Origin: a virus | Length of the DNA: 64,000 bases | Strand: one strand, 5' to 3' | Virus record (IMG/VR): IMGVR_UViG_3300046824_000031 | Location: 1,191 to 65,190 of that record | Shown: positions 48,684 through 57,422 of the stretch, piece after piece | Numbering within the stretch: position 1 is the first letter of the stretch | Layout: each line of letters begins with the position of its first letter | Made by a program: the position numbers and the translations under genes | The notes under the pieces: model-generated | Seen by the model: only the letters and a program-made list of their open reading frames with translations | Told to the model about the DNA's origin: nothing | Database searches by the model: none

Positions 48684-48979
48684 ACGTTGTCCCTCGGGAA
48701 GAGCAGATTGTATCGGTCTATAAGCTCTACCTCAGGCTTAGGTATGCCCTTCCCATAAAGTCTCTTCCCAGTCGTAAGCTCCTCGGGCTGGGCGCGTCGC
48801 TCGCAGTGGCGGGAGCAGAAGTTGTAGTCCCCACTCCCGCCGTGCTCCTCGCGCATGTGCTTCCAGACCTGAGCGTGTGCGTGGGGATCTCCGAGTACGG
48901 CGGGAGGAAACAGTTCTCCACACTCCCGGCAATAGTGAGGTTCGTTCTTCATGCGTACTTGACCTCTCCTGTATCCCAT
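48680..48979 (-). CDS. C2H2-like Zn-finger protein
   Basis: CRECG..HMREEH..CSRHC. Confidence 0.55.
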   Translation of the reverse strand: MGYRRGQVRMKNEPHYCRECGELFPPAVLGDPHAHAQVWKHMREEHGGSGDYNFCSRHCERRAQPEELTTGKRLYGKGIPKPEVELIDRYNLLFPRDNV

Positions 48980-49179
48980 CCCAAATCTCGCACGCGGCGT
49001 CGCTCCCTATGGCAGGACCGGCACCGTCTCCAGGTATTGTTGGGTCCACCCCAGCGGGTGTTCTCGGGGGTGTAGGCGTGCCCTTTCGGGCACGCCTCTG
49101 GGTTTCTCTTCATGGCTCGGAGCTTCTTGATCTGGGCCTGATGAAAGGCGATGGCAAGAAGCCGTTCGGCTTCGGTCAC
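48949..49179 (-). CDS. Small Zn-binding protein of the HNH-associated type
   Basis: CPKGHAYTPENT..RRCRSC. Confidence 0.65.
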   Translation of the reverse strand: MTEAERLLAIAFHQAQIKKLRAMKRNPEACPKGHAYTPENTRWGGPNNTWRRCRSCHRERRRVRDLGWDTGEVKYA

Positions 49180-49187
49180 GATGCCCC

Positions 49188-50162
49188 TCAGTACAGCCAG
49201 GTTAGATCGTCGGGCTGGGGGGCAGAACCCTCAGGAAGGTTCTCCCTAGCTTCCCGTGCCTTCTTCTCTTCCTGGTAGATCTTCCTCCGCATCGTCGAGT
49301 TCGTCCCCCAATCGGTCCGCTCTCCCTGGTATATCTTCGTGCCGGTGTAGTCCTGCCAGGGACCAAGTCGTTTACCAGGATGTAGCCGGTGATTATAGAT
49401 CTGAACAACCGCCTTCCCGAGACGAGAAGACTTATTCTCAGATCGAGCCCCCACAGTTCCGGCTATCTGGTAGAGTTCATCTACGGATACGCGCCGGAGC
49501 TTCTCGATCAGCCGCTGCTTGTCGAGTTTGTCGTGATACCGCGCCCAGAACTGTCGGAACCCCAGGACGATGTCGGTGACCCAGGCCTGACGATCCGTAC
49601 TCCACACCTGATACATCACATCCAGAACATGCCTGAAACCCTCCGCTCCGAGGTCCGCATAGGCTTCGTCCAGAGCAGAGACACAGGACAGGACACCAAC
49701 CGATCCCCTCCCTCGATAGTTGCCTTCGATGCCTTCAAGGTCCAGACCAAACTCCCGCACGATCTTGACGATGCCAACGGCCCGAGGCTCTCGGTAATGA
49801 TACCGGTACTGGAACTTGTTCGTGGCGGTCTGGCGGTTTGTGAAGTTCAGCTTGTCGGTAAGCTCCGCTCGCTCCTCGTAGGTCAGGTCCATGAAGACGT
49901 TGGCGGGGAGCCTCGTGATCCCCAGCTTCTGAAGCATGGCGATGCGGTGCTGACCATCGAGAATAGAGTAGGCCCCGTCGGACTGGAGGTGGAGGGATAC
50001 GAACTGAAAGGCCTTGGGATCGTAGCCCTTCTTGATCATCATCATCATCTTGTAGGTGGACACCGGCCGGCAGAACGCCTCACGAACGAGGGTGATCTTC
50101 GAGAGATCCAGGATCTCGGTCAGGCTCGGGTGCTCGGTGGTCACGAGGTTTTCCTTCGTCAC
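49188..50162 (-). CDS. ParB/Srx-like domain protein (DUF6551-like)
   Basis: YDPKAF..YSILDGQHRIAM. Confidence 0.7.
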   Translation of the reverse strand: MTKENLVTTEHPSLTEILDLSKITLVREAFCRPVSTYKMMMMIKKGYDPKAFQFVSLHLQSDGAYSILDGQHRIAMLQKLGITRLPANVFMDLTYEERAELTDKLNFTNRQTATNKFQYRYHYREPRAVGIVKIVREFGLDLEGIEGNYRGRGSVGVLSCVSALDEAYADLGAEGFRHVLDVMYQVWSTDRQAWVTDIVLGFRQFWARYHDKLDKQRLIEKLRRVSVDELYQIAGTVGARSENKSSRLGKAVVQIYNHRLHPGKRLGPWQDYTGTKIYQGERTDWGTNSTMRRKIYQEEKKAREARENLPEGSAPQPDDLTWLY

Positions 50163-51571
50163 TTCAACAACTCCAGTGCTTGTGATCGGGTCAACTGCCG
50201 GCTCATGTCTGCTCGTTGCAAGAGCTTCTGTCGAACGTACTCATCGACGCTGTCTCGGGTGGTCAGGTGGATGATCTCCAGGTGGGTGGCCGTCGTCGTC
50301 AGCCGCATGTTCCGCTCTTGAGATTGCAAGTACACGTCGAGGGACCAGGGGAGGGAGTGGTAGATCATGCGTTCGGCTCGGGTCAGGTTCAGTCCGTATC
50401 CTCCTTTCGCAAGTTGCGACACGAAGACGTTCGTCTCCCCTGCCATGAACCGCTCGACGGCACCCGGCTGACCGAAGACCACGTGGTCAATCTTCTTCTT
50501 GCGAAGATTGGCTTCGATGGTCAGAAGCTCAGGCCGCCACCAGTACCAGATGACAGTCGGTCGGTCAGGTTCATCTTCCAGCAGATCGAGCAACGCTGTT
50601 GTCTTCGCACAGGGAAGGCCCACAACCTCCCCTTCGATGTTTCTGGCAAAGCCCGCAGTAATCTCTTGCAGTCTCTGCAAACGAGTAGCATACGTTTTGA
50701 CCATGGATTGGAAGGTGACATCGTCTACCCTCTCGATCTCCAGACGCAGCGTTTCCTGGAGTTCCTTGTACGCTTCTCGAGCCTTACCCGGCATGGTCAC
50801 CCGAGGCACGTGCATCACCCGATCAGGCAGGTCCGACCGCACGTCGGACAACTGGCAGGAGATCCTGTTGGCGTCCATGATGGCTCGAAACTCTGCCGTC
50901 TTGTCGGGCCGCAGCCCGATGGCATCTCGGTTCTCGAACCCACCCATCAGGCAGTAGGTCGTCTTGAAATTCTGGACATTCCTGGTCCCGAACAGACCCG
51001 GTCGGATGAAGTTCATCACGTACCAGACATCGGTCGGTGCCCGAGGGGCGAGGTTCCCCGTGAAGGCGTAGCGTGTGGCAGCCCTGCTGGTCAGGACGTT
51101 CAGTGCCTTGGTCCTGTTGCTGTAGTTCCTGAAGCGGGACGCCTCGTCAATGATGGCGGCTGCCCACTTCCGAGAGGACAGAGCTTCGCGGATCTGCGGG
51201 TAACTCATCGCCTCATGGGATATCACGTAGGCCGCAGCCTTCCCATACCGGAGGTGATGTCGTCGGTCCTCAATGGTGTACTTCCCCGACAGAATCATCA
51301 GGTACTTCTCACACCACGAGAACCCGAGCCACTTCTCAAACTCTTCGTAGGTCTGTTCGATCAGGGAGTTCGGAACGGAGATCAGGACCGGTGTCTCTCC
51401 TGCCTGGATTATGGCCTGCGTCATCTCGACGTAGACCCTGGTCTTGCCGGTCCCTGTCCCGTACTCCGTGAGCAGAGCTTCGCGGTCGAGGGCCTCGTCA
51501 ATGGCGAAGTCCTGGTGCTCCCCCAGCGGGGGCAGCCCTCCACTTGCCGAGGGCGTGGCGAGTGTAGCCAT
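50159..51571 (-). CDS. SNF2/DEAD-like helicase
   Basis: YGTGTGKT, IIDEAS, TGN, GGYGLNL, QSQERNMR. Confidence 0.9.
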   Translation of the reverse strand: MATLATPSASGGLPPLGEHQDFAIDEALDREALLTEYGTGTGKTRVYVEMTQAIIQAGETPVLISVPNSLIEQTYEEFEKWLGFSWCEKYLMILSGKYTIEDRRHHLRYGKAAAYVISHEAMSYPQIREALSSRKWAAAIIDEASRFRNYSNRTKALNVLTSRAATRYAFTGNLAPRAPTDVWYVMNFIRPGLFGTRNVQNFKTTYCLMGGFENRDAIGLRPDKTAEFRAIMDANRISCQLSDVRSDLPDRVMHVPRVTMPGKAREAYKELQETLRLEIERVDDVTFQSMVKTYATRLQRLQEITAGFARNIEGEVVGLPCAKTTALLDLLEDEPDRPTVIWYWWRPELLTIEANLRKKKIDHVVFGQPGAVERFMAGETNVFVSQLAKGGYGLNLTRAERMIYHSLPWSLDVYLQSQERNMRLTTTATHLEIIHLTTRDSVDEYVRQKLLQRADMSRQLTRSQALELLK

Positions 51572-51584
51572 GACTGTCTTTCTG

Positions 51585-51689
51585 TTAGCGGGTGATGCTC
51601 TTGATGAGGACGTACCCCACGAGCAGGGCGAGGACGGCGCTTATCACGCCGACGATACCGAAGAAGAACAGTTCGAGTGTCACCTCCAT
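51585..51689 (-). CDS. 34-aa single-TM microprotein
   Basis: MEVTLELFFFGIVGVISAVLALLVGYVLIKSITR fills the intergenic gap. Confidence 0.55.
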   Translation of the reverse strand: MEVTLELFFFGIVGVISAVLALLVGYVLIKSITR

Positions 51690-51696
51690 CACGGTG

Positions 51697-51933
51697 TTAT
51701 CCAGGGGTGTGGGAAGGATTGATCAGTCGATCAATCTCTTCGGGAGATTCGACGGCACTGAGAATGTGAGCAGCCCCCGAGAACAGGAGATCAGTCTGCG
51801 AAGTGCAGGGCGATAGTCCTGCGGCATCACAGCCTCCGTCGCTGTGCTTGTGGGGGAAGTACGTCAGCAGCAGATCGCTGTTGAACCGGGCAATGATTCC
51901 CTGCGGGGAACTCAGGCGAATGAACTGCGACAC
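51697..51933 (-). CDS. Hypothetical protein
   Basis: GGGAGG RBS. Confidence 0.55.
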   Translation of the reverse strand: MSQFIRLSSPQGIIARFNSDLLLTYFPHKHSDGGCDAAGLSPCTSQTDLLFSGAAHILSAVESPEEIDRLINPSHTPG

Positions 51934-51943
51934 GTTCCCTCCC

Positions 51944-52429
51944 TTACGCCGTCTTCATGAGGCGGTAGGACCGAAAGGTCTGCCCGTCCCTGCTGGCTGT
52001 CGTGAATCGTATGTACCCCGGCTCCATAGGGGTGATCGCAGCGAGCGGTGTCGAGTCCAGGTACGCATTGATCTCAGGGTCTGGCATGTACCCTCCGATG
52101 TACACCCCACCCCCAGGGACTCGGGCCTCACTGTAGTAGAGGGAGTAGTGATCGCCGTACTCGTTGAACCAGTGGACGACCACACCCCCGCAGGGCTGGA
52201 CATCCACACGCATGTAGTACTGCTCGTACACACCGGCTATGTCATCTTGCTTGAACGCTCCTTCTTTGCAGAGAACCGGTGGCTGATACGGTTGGGGTGG
52301 GAGGGGAGCGGCGTAGGCTACCTCCCCTATGAGTACCTGAGACAGGGCCAGGGACACCCCCAGAACGTGCGCTAGAACGATCAGGACGAGCGCAGTGCGG
52401 AGTCTGGACAATGGGAAGGGGGAGATCAT
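51944..52429 (-). CDS. Exported/membrane-anchored beta protein
   Basis: N-terminal hydrophobic helix ending AYA; two Cys. Confidence 0.6.
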   Translation of the reverse strand: MISPFPLSRLRTALVLIVLAHVLGVSLALSQVLIGEVAYAAPLPPQPYQPPVLCKEGAFKQDDIAGVYEQYYMRVDVQPCGGVVVHWFNEYGDHYSLYYSEARVPGGGVYIGGYMPDPEINAYLDSTPLAAITPMEPGYIRFTTASRDGQTFRSYRLMKTA

Positions 52430-52671
52430 TTCGGGGCCTCCTCAGGCTCTAGCTTGGCGACGGCGATGAGCAGGGATCCGTAGATTTTGAGTGCCTCTTG
52501 ACCGACATCCTCGCTGTCATCGCCGTCAATCCTGACTGACACTTTCGCCGGTCCCCTCGTCATCCTCTCGATCTCGACCGACACTCTCGAACGCGGAGCC
52601 TCGACCAAGCTGACGGAGCGTAGCGTGGGCGGATAGTTTCGGTGATCGGTTCTCGGATTCTGTGTTGCCAT
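52426..52671 (-). CDS. Hypothetical protein
   Basis: Likely start ATG 52671; coupled to the downstream gene. Confidence 0.5.
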   Translation of the reverse strand: MATQNPRTDHRNYPPTLRSVSLVEAPRSRVSVEIERMTRGPAKVSVRIDGDDSEDVGQEALKIYGSLLIAVAKLEPEEAPK

Positions 52672-52897
52672 CGTCAAACCCCTTTTCAAATCCCTCGTCG
52701 TAGCCGGCGATAAACCCAGCCATGTACATGTCGGCGGCACGCTGAACATCGTAGGGGGAGGAAAGCTCTACGATAATCTCGTCGCTCCCCTCCTGTCGAA
52801 GCCGGTAGTTTAGTCCGTCTCGCTCGATCAGCAGGGTGAGGGAGATCTCCCCGTCCCGATGGATGTGAGCGGCGAGGGTGGTGAAGGAGTAGCTCAT
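52526..52897 (-). CDS. Hypothetical protein with GxxxG repeats
   Basis: GGAG RBS; ATGA coupling; tail overlaps the next gene. Confidence 0.5.
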   Translation of the reverse strand: MSYSFTTLAAHIHRDGEISLTLLIERDGLNYRLRQEGSDEIIVELSSPYDVQRAADMYMAGFIAGYDEGFEKGFDDGNTESENRSPKLSAHATLRQLGRGSAFESVGRDREDDEGTGESVSQD

Positions 52898-53196
52898 GGC
52901 ATCTCCAGTCCGAGGCTTGCTACAAACTTATTGCTCCGTCCAAAGGCTCGCTGGTTCTGACGGATCGCTCGATCCTCCCATAGTTTGCCCGGCTCAGGTT
53001 GGTTCTTCGCTCGGTAGTACGTCGAGAGGATCAGGGCGTAGGCCCCTGACTTCGCTCGATGAATCCGACTCCGGTTCATATCCTTCTGGTCTACGCAGTC
53101 CACCGCCATCTCGTTCTCGGTGTGATAGAACTGCTTGAGCACGTCCACCCATTGCTCTTCTTCCCATACCGGCGATGTTATTGTTTGGTCACTCAC
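52894..53196 (-). CDS. Hypothetical protein
   Basis: GGAGAG RBS. Confidence 0.6.
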   Translation of the reverse strand: MSDQTITSPVWEEEQWVDVLKQFYHTENEMAVDCVDQKDMNRSRIHRAKSGAYALILSTYYRAKNQPEPGKLWEDRAIRQNQRAFGRSNKFVASLGLEMP

Positions 53197-53228
53197 GAGT
53201 CTCTCCTATTCTGAGATAGGTTCGGGTG

Positions 53229-53256
53229 AAAGAATGAGGGGGGCATGGCCCCCCTC
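53229..53256 (-). terminator. Intrinsic terminator
   Basis: 9-bp stem GAGGGGGGC/GCCCCCCTC followed by ATTCTTT on the minus strand. Confidence 0.65.
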
Positions 53257-53260
53257 TAGA

Positions 53261-54064
53261 CTAGCGGGAGCCAGCCTTCGCGAGCTTCTCCTTACGGAGC
53301 CGTCGCTTCTCAGCCCGCGCCTCTCGTGCCGCATCCTCGTCGGCACTCGGGGCCTCGAACGGAGACTCCGCGAGAATCTCCTCAGCCTCAGCGACAGCGG
53401 CCTCCTCCTGGGGAAGCTCATCGACGGGGACGGCGACACCGTTGACGATCTCAGCATCGACGCTCTCTGACGTGATCGAACCATCCTTATGAGCCTGGAC
53501 TCGGGTGACCTTCAGGCCCTTCGACTTGCGCTTGCTCTTGGGCTTGGTTGCTGCGACTGCCGCTGCCTCTTCGTCGGCCATGTCCTGGATCTGTGATCCA
53601 GGGGCAGCGGCGACGGCCTTCTTCTTGCGGCCCGTCTTGGGTCGCGATGCCGAGTAGGTGCCAGCCCCACCCGCCGAGTGGACCATGCCACCATAGGTCA
53701 CCGGCGTAGCGAGGGTCTGCCCCCAGTTGAAAATGTCCCCCATCCGTTCGATGGTCAGGACAGGGGGCCGCTGGTTCGGATCGGTAATGTCCCCCTTGTC
53801 CATAGAATACTGCCGGTTCAGGCACTCGCTGTTCACGGCACTGGCACTCATGTTGTAGTGCTTGACGCCGTCGCAGTGGGGGCAGGTAGGCTTGTCAGAA
53901 ACAGGCGTGCGCGTGGTCCCCTTGCCTGAGCGGGAGACGACCACCGTAGGAGCAGCGGCTGCCCCGCACGAGTGGTTGTTCATCGACTCACCGCAGCCCT
54001 CGCAGACTGCGTCGTTGGCCGAGATCTCAGTGCCATCAGCGAGATGGATGCCAGTAACTGTCAT
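53261..54064 (-). CDS. Zn-finger, Lys/Ala-rich protein
   Basis: AAAGGA RBS before ATG 54064; CEGC..HSC and CPHC..C; basic low-complexity tail. Confidence 0.6.
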   Translation of the reverse strand: MTVTGIHLADGTEISANDAVCEGCGESMNNHSCGAAAAPTVVVSRSGKGTTRTPVSDKPTCPHCDGVKHYNMSASAVNSECLNRQYSMDKGDITDPNQRPPVLTIERMGDIFNWGQTLATPVTYGGMVHSAGGAGTYSASRPKTGRKKKAVAAAPGSQIQDMADEEAAAVAATKPKSKRKSKGLKVTRVQAHKDGSITSESVDAEIVNGVAVPVDELPQEEAAVAEAEEILAESPFEAPSADEDAAREARAEKRRLRKEKLAKAGSR

Positions 54065-54276
54065 GGTCTTTGGTAGTCCTTTCCATGAGTTCCGTAGCGG
54101 AACGGTCTTGTAGAACCGGGGGTCTCCCTGTAGCAAGGTCTCCATAAATTTTCGGTACAGGGTGGGGCTCACGATCCCTTTCTCTTGAAGCCTTTGTTTC
54201 AGGCGAACGACAGGATTAGGTACGGATGCGACGAGTCTTGCCAGGGGTACACCTCCCACAACCTGACCGGAATTCA

Positions 54277-54305
54277 AGTATAGCAGGGAGTGGACGCAGT
54301 GTCAA
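54277..54305 (-). promoter_or_regulatory. Near-consensus sigma70 promoter TTGACA-17-TATACT inside a 15-bp inverted repeat
   Basis: -35 at 54305-300, -10 at 54282-77; arms 54282-96 and 54306-20. Confidence 0.85.
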
Positions 54306-54334
54306 CGTCCACTCCCTGCTCTCTGGTCAGGCAC

Positions 54335-55945
54335 TTACAACTGGAACCAGACAGGCTCGGCCTCGTAGGGGAAACAGCCTGAGATGTTGAAGTCCACGTC
54401 CTCCTGAGCGGCGACAGTACTTCGGTAGAGCTTGACCTTCTGCCGACTCAACAACTTGTGCATGGTTTGCGTGTTCGGTACACGCAGAATCTCGTGCGCC
54501 TTCATCCACGAGTCGCACTTCTCCCGTAGCAACCCGTCGCTCTCGTTGTAGTAGCCCATCGGGGGGCACTTGGTCGGCGGTCCTACGATCACCCCGCCGC
54601 AGACCATCCCGTCCGAGAGCCACAGCCTGGGCTTCGGCCAGCGAGCCAGGAGTTGGAGGGCCTCAAAGTCCACGTCATTCCCCCCGTTCATCTCGGGATC
54701 CAGGCCCGTGAACTTGGCGAACCGTCCGTCCTTGGCGATGATGCAGATCCTCCCGAAGACGGAATCTCCTGCGCTGTTCCTGATGCCGTACTCAACGCCG
54801 GAGTAGACGCCCACTCTAACAGCCGGGACTTTCGACATCAGTAACTGCATGTCCTCTTCAGTCCACCGCATCGACCCTGATCCGTCGATCATGATGCCGG
54901 CTTCAGTCAGGAGTCGTTGACTGAAGATCGCCTTATCCAAGAACCACCGATGTGGAAACCTAAGCCCAATCCCCTGGGATACCGGGATAGCTCGACGTGC
55001 AATCCGCATCGAAGGGCGACGGACCGTCGCCGTGTGATCGTGATACTGAACTCGGCCCTCGGTAACCACGTCGCTACCGATCCCAGTCTCCAGCTTTTCC
55101 AGATATTCAGCGTGCTCTTCCTCCTCCTGCTCGGCTGCATCCTGCGCCTCCTGCTCTTCCTTCTTGGGGGGCGGCGGCTTCTGCTCAGGCTCCTGTTCCA
55201 GCGGGAAGAAGACGGCCAGTTCCGACGCGACCTTGTTCCTCGTGTGGTGGGTCGGCGTCTGGTACATCTTCATGCAGCCGCGTATCATCGCTCGACCTAG
55301 TCGCTCGTTCTCTTCGAGGACCATAGCCCAGCACTTGTCGAAATACTCCGCTGTGTCAGGGTCAACAGCCCTGGCGGGTGGTGGATTTGGTACTCCCGAT
55401 TTTCCCCCCAATCCACGGGAAGCCCAGACAGTCCAGGCAAGTTGCAGACACATGCCCAACGCATAGAGAACTGTCGGCGGGTCGGGCATGAGGCTCCAGT
55501 CCAGAGTCTCACGAGCAGGTCGCAGGTCAATACCCTTCCGGTCCCATAAGATCCAGTCAATCCTATTCTCTTCCATCATCTTCTGGATCTTCATGACAGC
55601 GTTTGGATCGACCGGCTTCCCAAGCTGTATCTGCGCACTCGTCAGTGCCTTGAGAACCTGCTTGTCCCAGTCACGGGGGCTGAACTTGATGTGTCCCGCT
55701 TCATGCATTCTCGCCAGTCGCTGGGCTGGCGTGTTAGGGGGAGGAACCCACGCTTCCTGGTTCGCCGTGTCTACCGCTGCGTCCTGGATGTCTACCTCGT
55801 TGACCGTCCAGGCCCCAGGGTTTGGGTCGATCAACTCGGGGAGGTAGAGCGTCGGGTTTCCCCGACGCCTTGGCTTGTCTGTCTTACTCGTCGTCATCGT
55901 CATCATCCTCGTCGTCATCCAGGAGATCGTCGTCCTCGTCCCCAC
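54335..55945 (-). CDS. HExxH metallopeptidase-like + vWA (MIDAS) protein
   Basis: MHEAGH; IDGSGS; LSDG. Confidence 0.8.
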   Translation of the reverse strand: MGTRTTISWMTTRMMTMTTSKTDKPRRRGNPTLYLPELIDPNPGAWTVNEVDIQDAAVDTANQEAWVPPPNTPAQRLARMHEAGHIKFSPRDWDKQVLKALTSAQIQLGKPVDPNAVMKIQKMMEENRIDWILWDRKGIDLRPARETLDWSLMPDPPTVLYALGMCLQLAWTVWASRGLGGKSGVPNPPPARAVDPDTAEYFDKCWAMVLEENERLGRAMIRGCMKMYQTPTHHTRNKVASELAVFFPLEQEPEQKPPPPKKEEQEAQDAAEQEEEEHAEYLEKLETGIGSDVVTEGRVQYHDHTATVRRPSMRIARRAIPVSQGIGLRFPHRWFLDKAIFSQRLLTEAGIMIDGSGSMRWTEEDMQLLMSKVPAVRVGVYSGVEYGIRNSAGDSVFGRICIIAKDGRFAKFTGLDPEMNGGNDVDFEALQLLARWPKPRLWLSDGMVCGGVIVGPPTKCPPMGYYNESDGLLREKCDSWMKAHEILRVPNTQTMHKLLSRQKVKLYRSTVAAQEDVDFNISGCFPYEAEPVWFQL

Positions 55946-56675
55946 CCATAGCGAGAGCTTCCAGGAACCCTGTCGCCAGTTTCAGGTGTCCGTGGCAGGC
56001 CGACAAGGCCGCTTGCTCCAGGGGCAGGACGGCACGTAGGGCCTGGAAGGACATCAGCATCCGAAAGGTAACAGCCGGTCCGATCATGGGATCTTCGGGC
56101 TTGTCGTAGCTGTCCTCGCAGACCGATTGAAGATCCTTGTCCAGCAGGGCTATCTGCTTGGCCGACGGCTTCGTGATGATGAACGTGGCGTCAAACCTAT
56201 CGAGCAGAGCCGGATCGAGTGACCCATCGTAGGGCCAGCCGTTCATGGTCGCCACGTTCATCATGCCCCGCTCAGGCTTGAAGGTTCGACCGATATAACT
56301 AATCTCCCCGCCCCGCCCGTTGTCGAGGGCGCCGTGCAAGAAGATCTTCATCGGACCGGAGGCTTCGTTGATCTCGTCGTGGATCAACATCCCTCCGTTC
56401 TGGTACGCCAGATCGAGGGGGCCAGGCATCCAGTCGAACGACTTTTCCTTGGGCACATACATCCCGAAGATCTCAGGGGGGCTGCCTTCGGCGTGGTGCT
56501 GAACCTTATAGGCCAGCATCTTCAGCAGATCAGCGAGCAGGAAGGGGAAGGTGGTCTTGCCCACCCCTGGAGGGCCTGCGAGCAGGATGTTCCTCATCGT
56601 CAGCTTCAGTTTGCGAGCCTGGACGACAGCCTTGAACACATCCTGAAGATTTGCGGACTGAACTAATGCGGCCAT
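55884..56675 (-). CDS. MoxR/CbbQ-type AAA+ ATPase
   Basis: GPPGVGKT, IHDEINE, ATMN, ALLDRF; acidic tail. Confidence 0.88.
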   Translation of the reverse strand: MAALVQSANLQDVFKAVVQARKLKLTMRNILLAGPPGVGKTTFPFLLADLLKMLAYKVQHHAEGSPPEIFGMYVPKEKSFDWMPGPLDLAYQNGGMLIHDEINEASGPMKIFLHGALDNGRGGEISYIGRTFKPERGMMNVATMNGWPYDGSLDPALLDRFDATFIITKPSAKQIALLDKDLQSVCEDSYDKPEDPMIGPAVTFRMLMSFQALRAVLPLEQAALSACHGHLKLATGFLEALAMGGDEDDDLLDDDEDDDDDDE

Positions 56676-56883
56676 GGATCTCTCCCATGTTCAACTGACC
56701 CATAGGGTCAGGTATGTAGATGCGACACTGACGACGACAGACCAAGGCTATAGGTCGATGACCCTCCCGATAGAGTGAACGCATCCTCCGACGCAGTGAT
56801 GGCCTGTCTGCGGGAGGATACGTCCACACGTCGTACCCCTGCCGGAGTACGACATGAAAGTGGAGCGTTCCAAAGTCGTTCAT
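56530..56883 (-). CDS. Hypothetical protein
   Basis: AAGGGAG RBS; 146-nt overlap with the AAA gene. Confidence 0.4.
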   Translation of the reverse strand: MNDFGTLHFHVVLRQGYDVWTYPPADRPSLRRRMRSLYREGHRPIALVCRRQCRIYIPDPMGQLNMGEIHGRISSVRKSSGCVQGCRPGSQTEADDEEHPARRPSRGGQDHLPLPAR

Positions 56884-56892
56884 GTCTCCCTT

Positions 56893-57270
56893 CTATTGGA
56901 CTCGAACGAATTTGACCTTGCCCATCGCAGCGCGGGCATCGAACCGAATTTCGTTGAGTTCTTTGGTTCGTATGTCCTGCGCCATCGTCTCGATGTCTGG
57001 GAAAATTTTTGCCAGGTTTAGCACGTCTGTCCCGATGTTCTCGACGGCGTCGTTGATGCACCGGACCGAATTGTCTAGGCTTTCTAGGTCTGTGTTCCGA
57101 AGATCCTCAAGCCGATCCTCTAACCTTCCAAGCCGGTCATGTGTGGTCAGCAGCATCGAGTCGATACTGTCGAGTCGCTTGGCGAAGCCGTCCACTGCCG
57201 CAGCCAGGTCATCGAGCGCCTCGATGATGACGCTCTTGATCTGCGCCGACTTCTCGTTCTTGGTCGTCAT
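56893..57270 (-). CDS. Coiled-coil protein
   Basis: GGAGG RBS; heptad pattern. Confidence 0.65.
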   Translation of the reverse strand: MTTKNEKSAQIKSVIIEALDDLAAAVDGFAKRLDSIDSMLLTTHDRLGRLEDRLEDLRNTDLESLDNSVRCINDAVENIGTDVLNLAKIFPDIETMAQDIRTKELNEIRFDARAAMGKVKFVRVQ

Positions 57271-57285
57271 GATTCCTCCGAATCA

Positions 57286-57303
57286 CAGTGTCATTCTACA
57301 CTG
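57286..57303. promoter_or_regulatory. Candidate operator CAGTGTCATTCTACACTG overlapping -10 TAGAAT (minus)
   Basis: Imperfect palindrome; similar sites at 44217, 47412, 54297. Confidence 0.55.
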
Positions 57304-57305
57304 TA

Positions 57306-57422
57306 CTAGATGGTCCTGAACAGGTAGATGACCATCAGGATGGCGATGCCGATGGCGACTCCTCCGCAGAAGAACAGGAGTCCGATCATGAACGTATCGA
57401 GTCGGTCAAGGGGGTCAGTCAT
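57306..57422 (-). CDS. 38-aa single-TM microprotein
   Basis: MTDPLDRLDTFMIGLLFFCGGVAIGIAILMVIYLFRTI; overlaps the upstream stop. Confidence 0.6.
   Translation of the reverse strand: MTDPLDRLDTFMIGLLFFCGGVAIGIAILMVIYLFRTI

Noticed and set aside
13262-51595. Long antisense ORFs such as 13262..14596(-), 23514..24779(-), 50216..51595(+)
   Set aside because: Shadow frames of well-supported genes in GC-rich DNA; no SD or motifs
56713-56731. Fifth operator-like site (reverse complement CAGTGTCGCATCTACAT) upstream of the AAA gene
   Set aside because: Spacing is off by one, the right half is weak and no promoter was found; left out of the motif set
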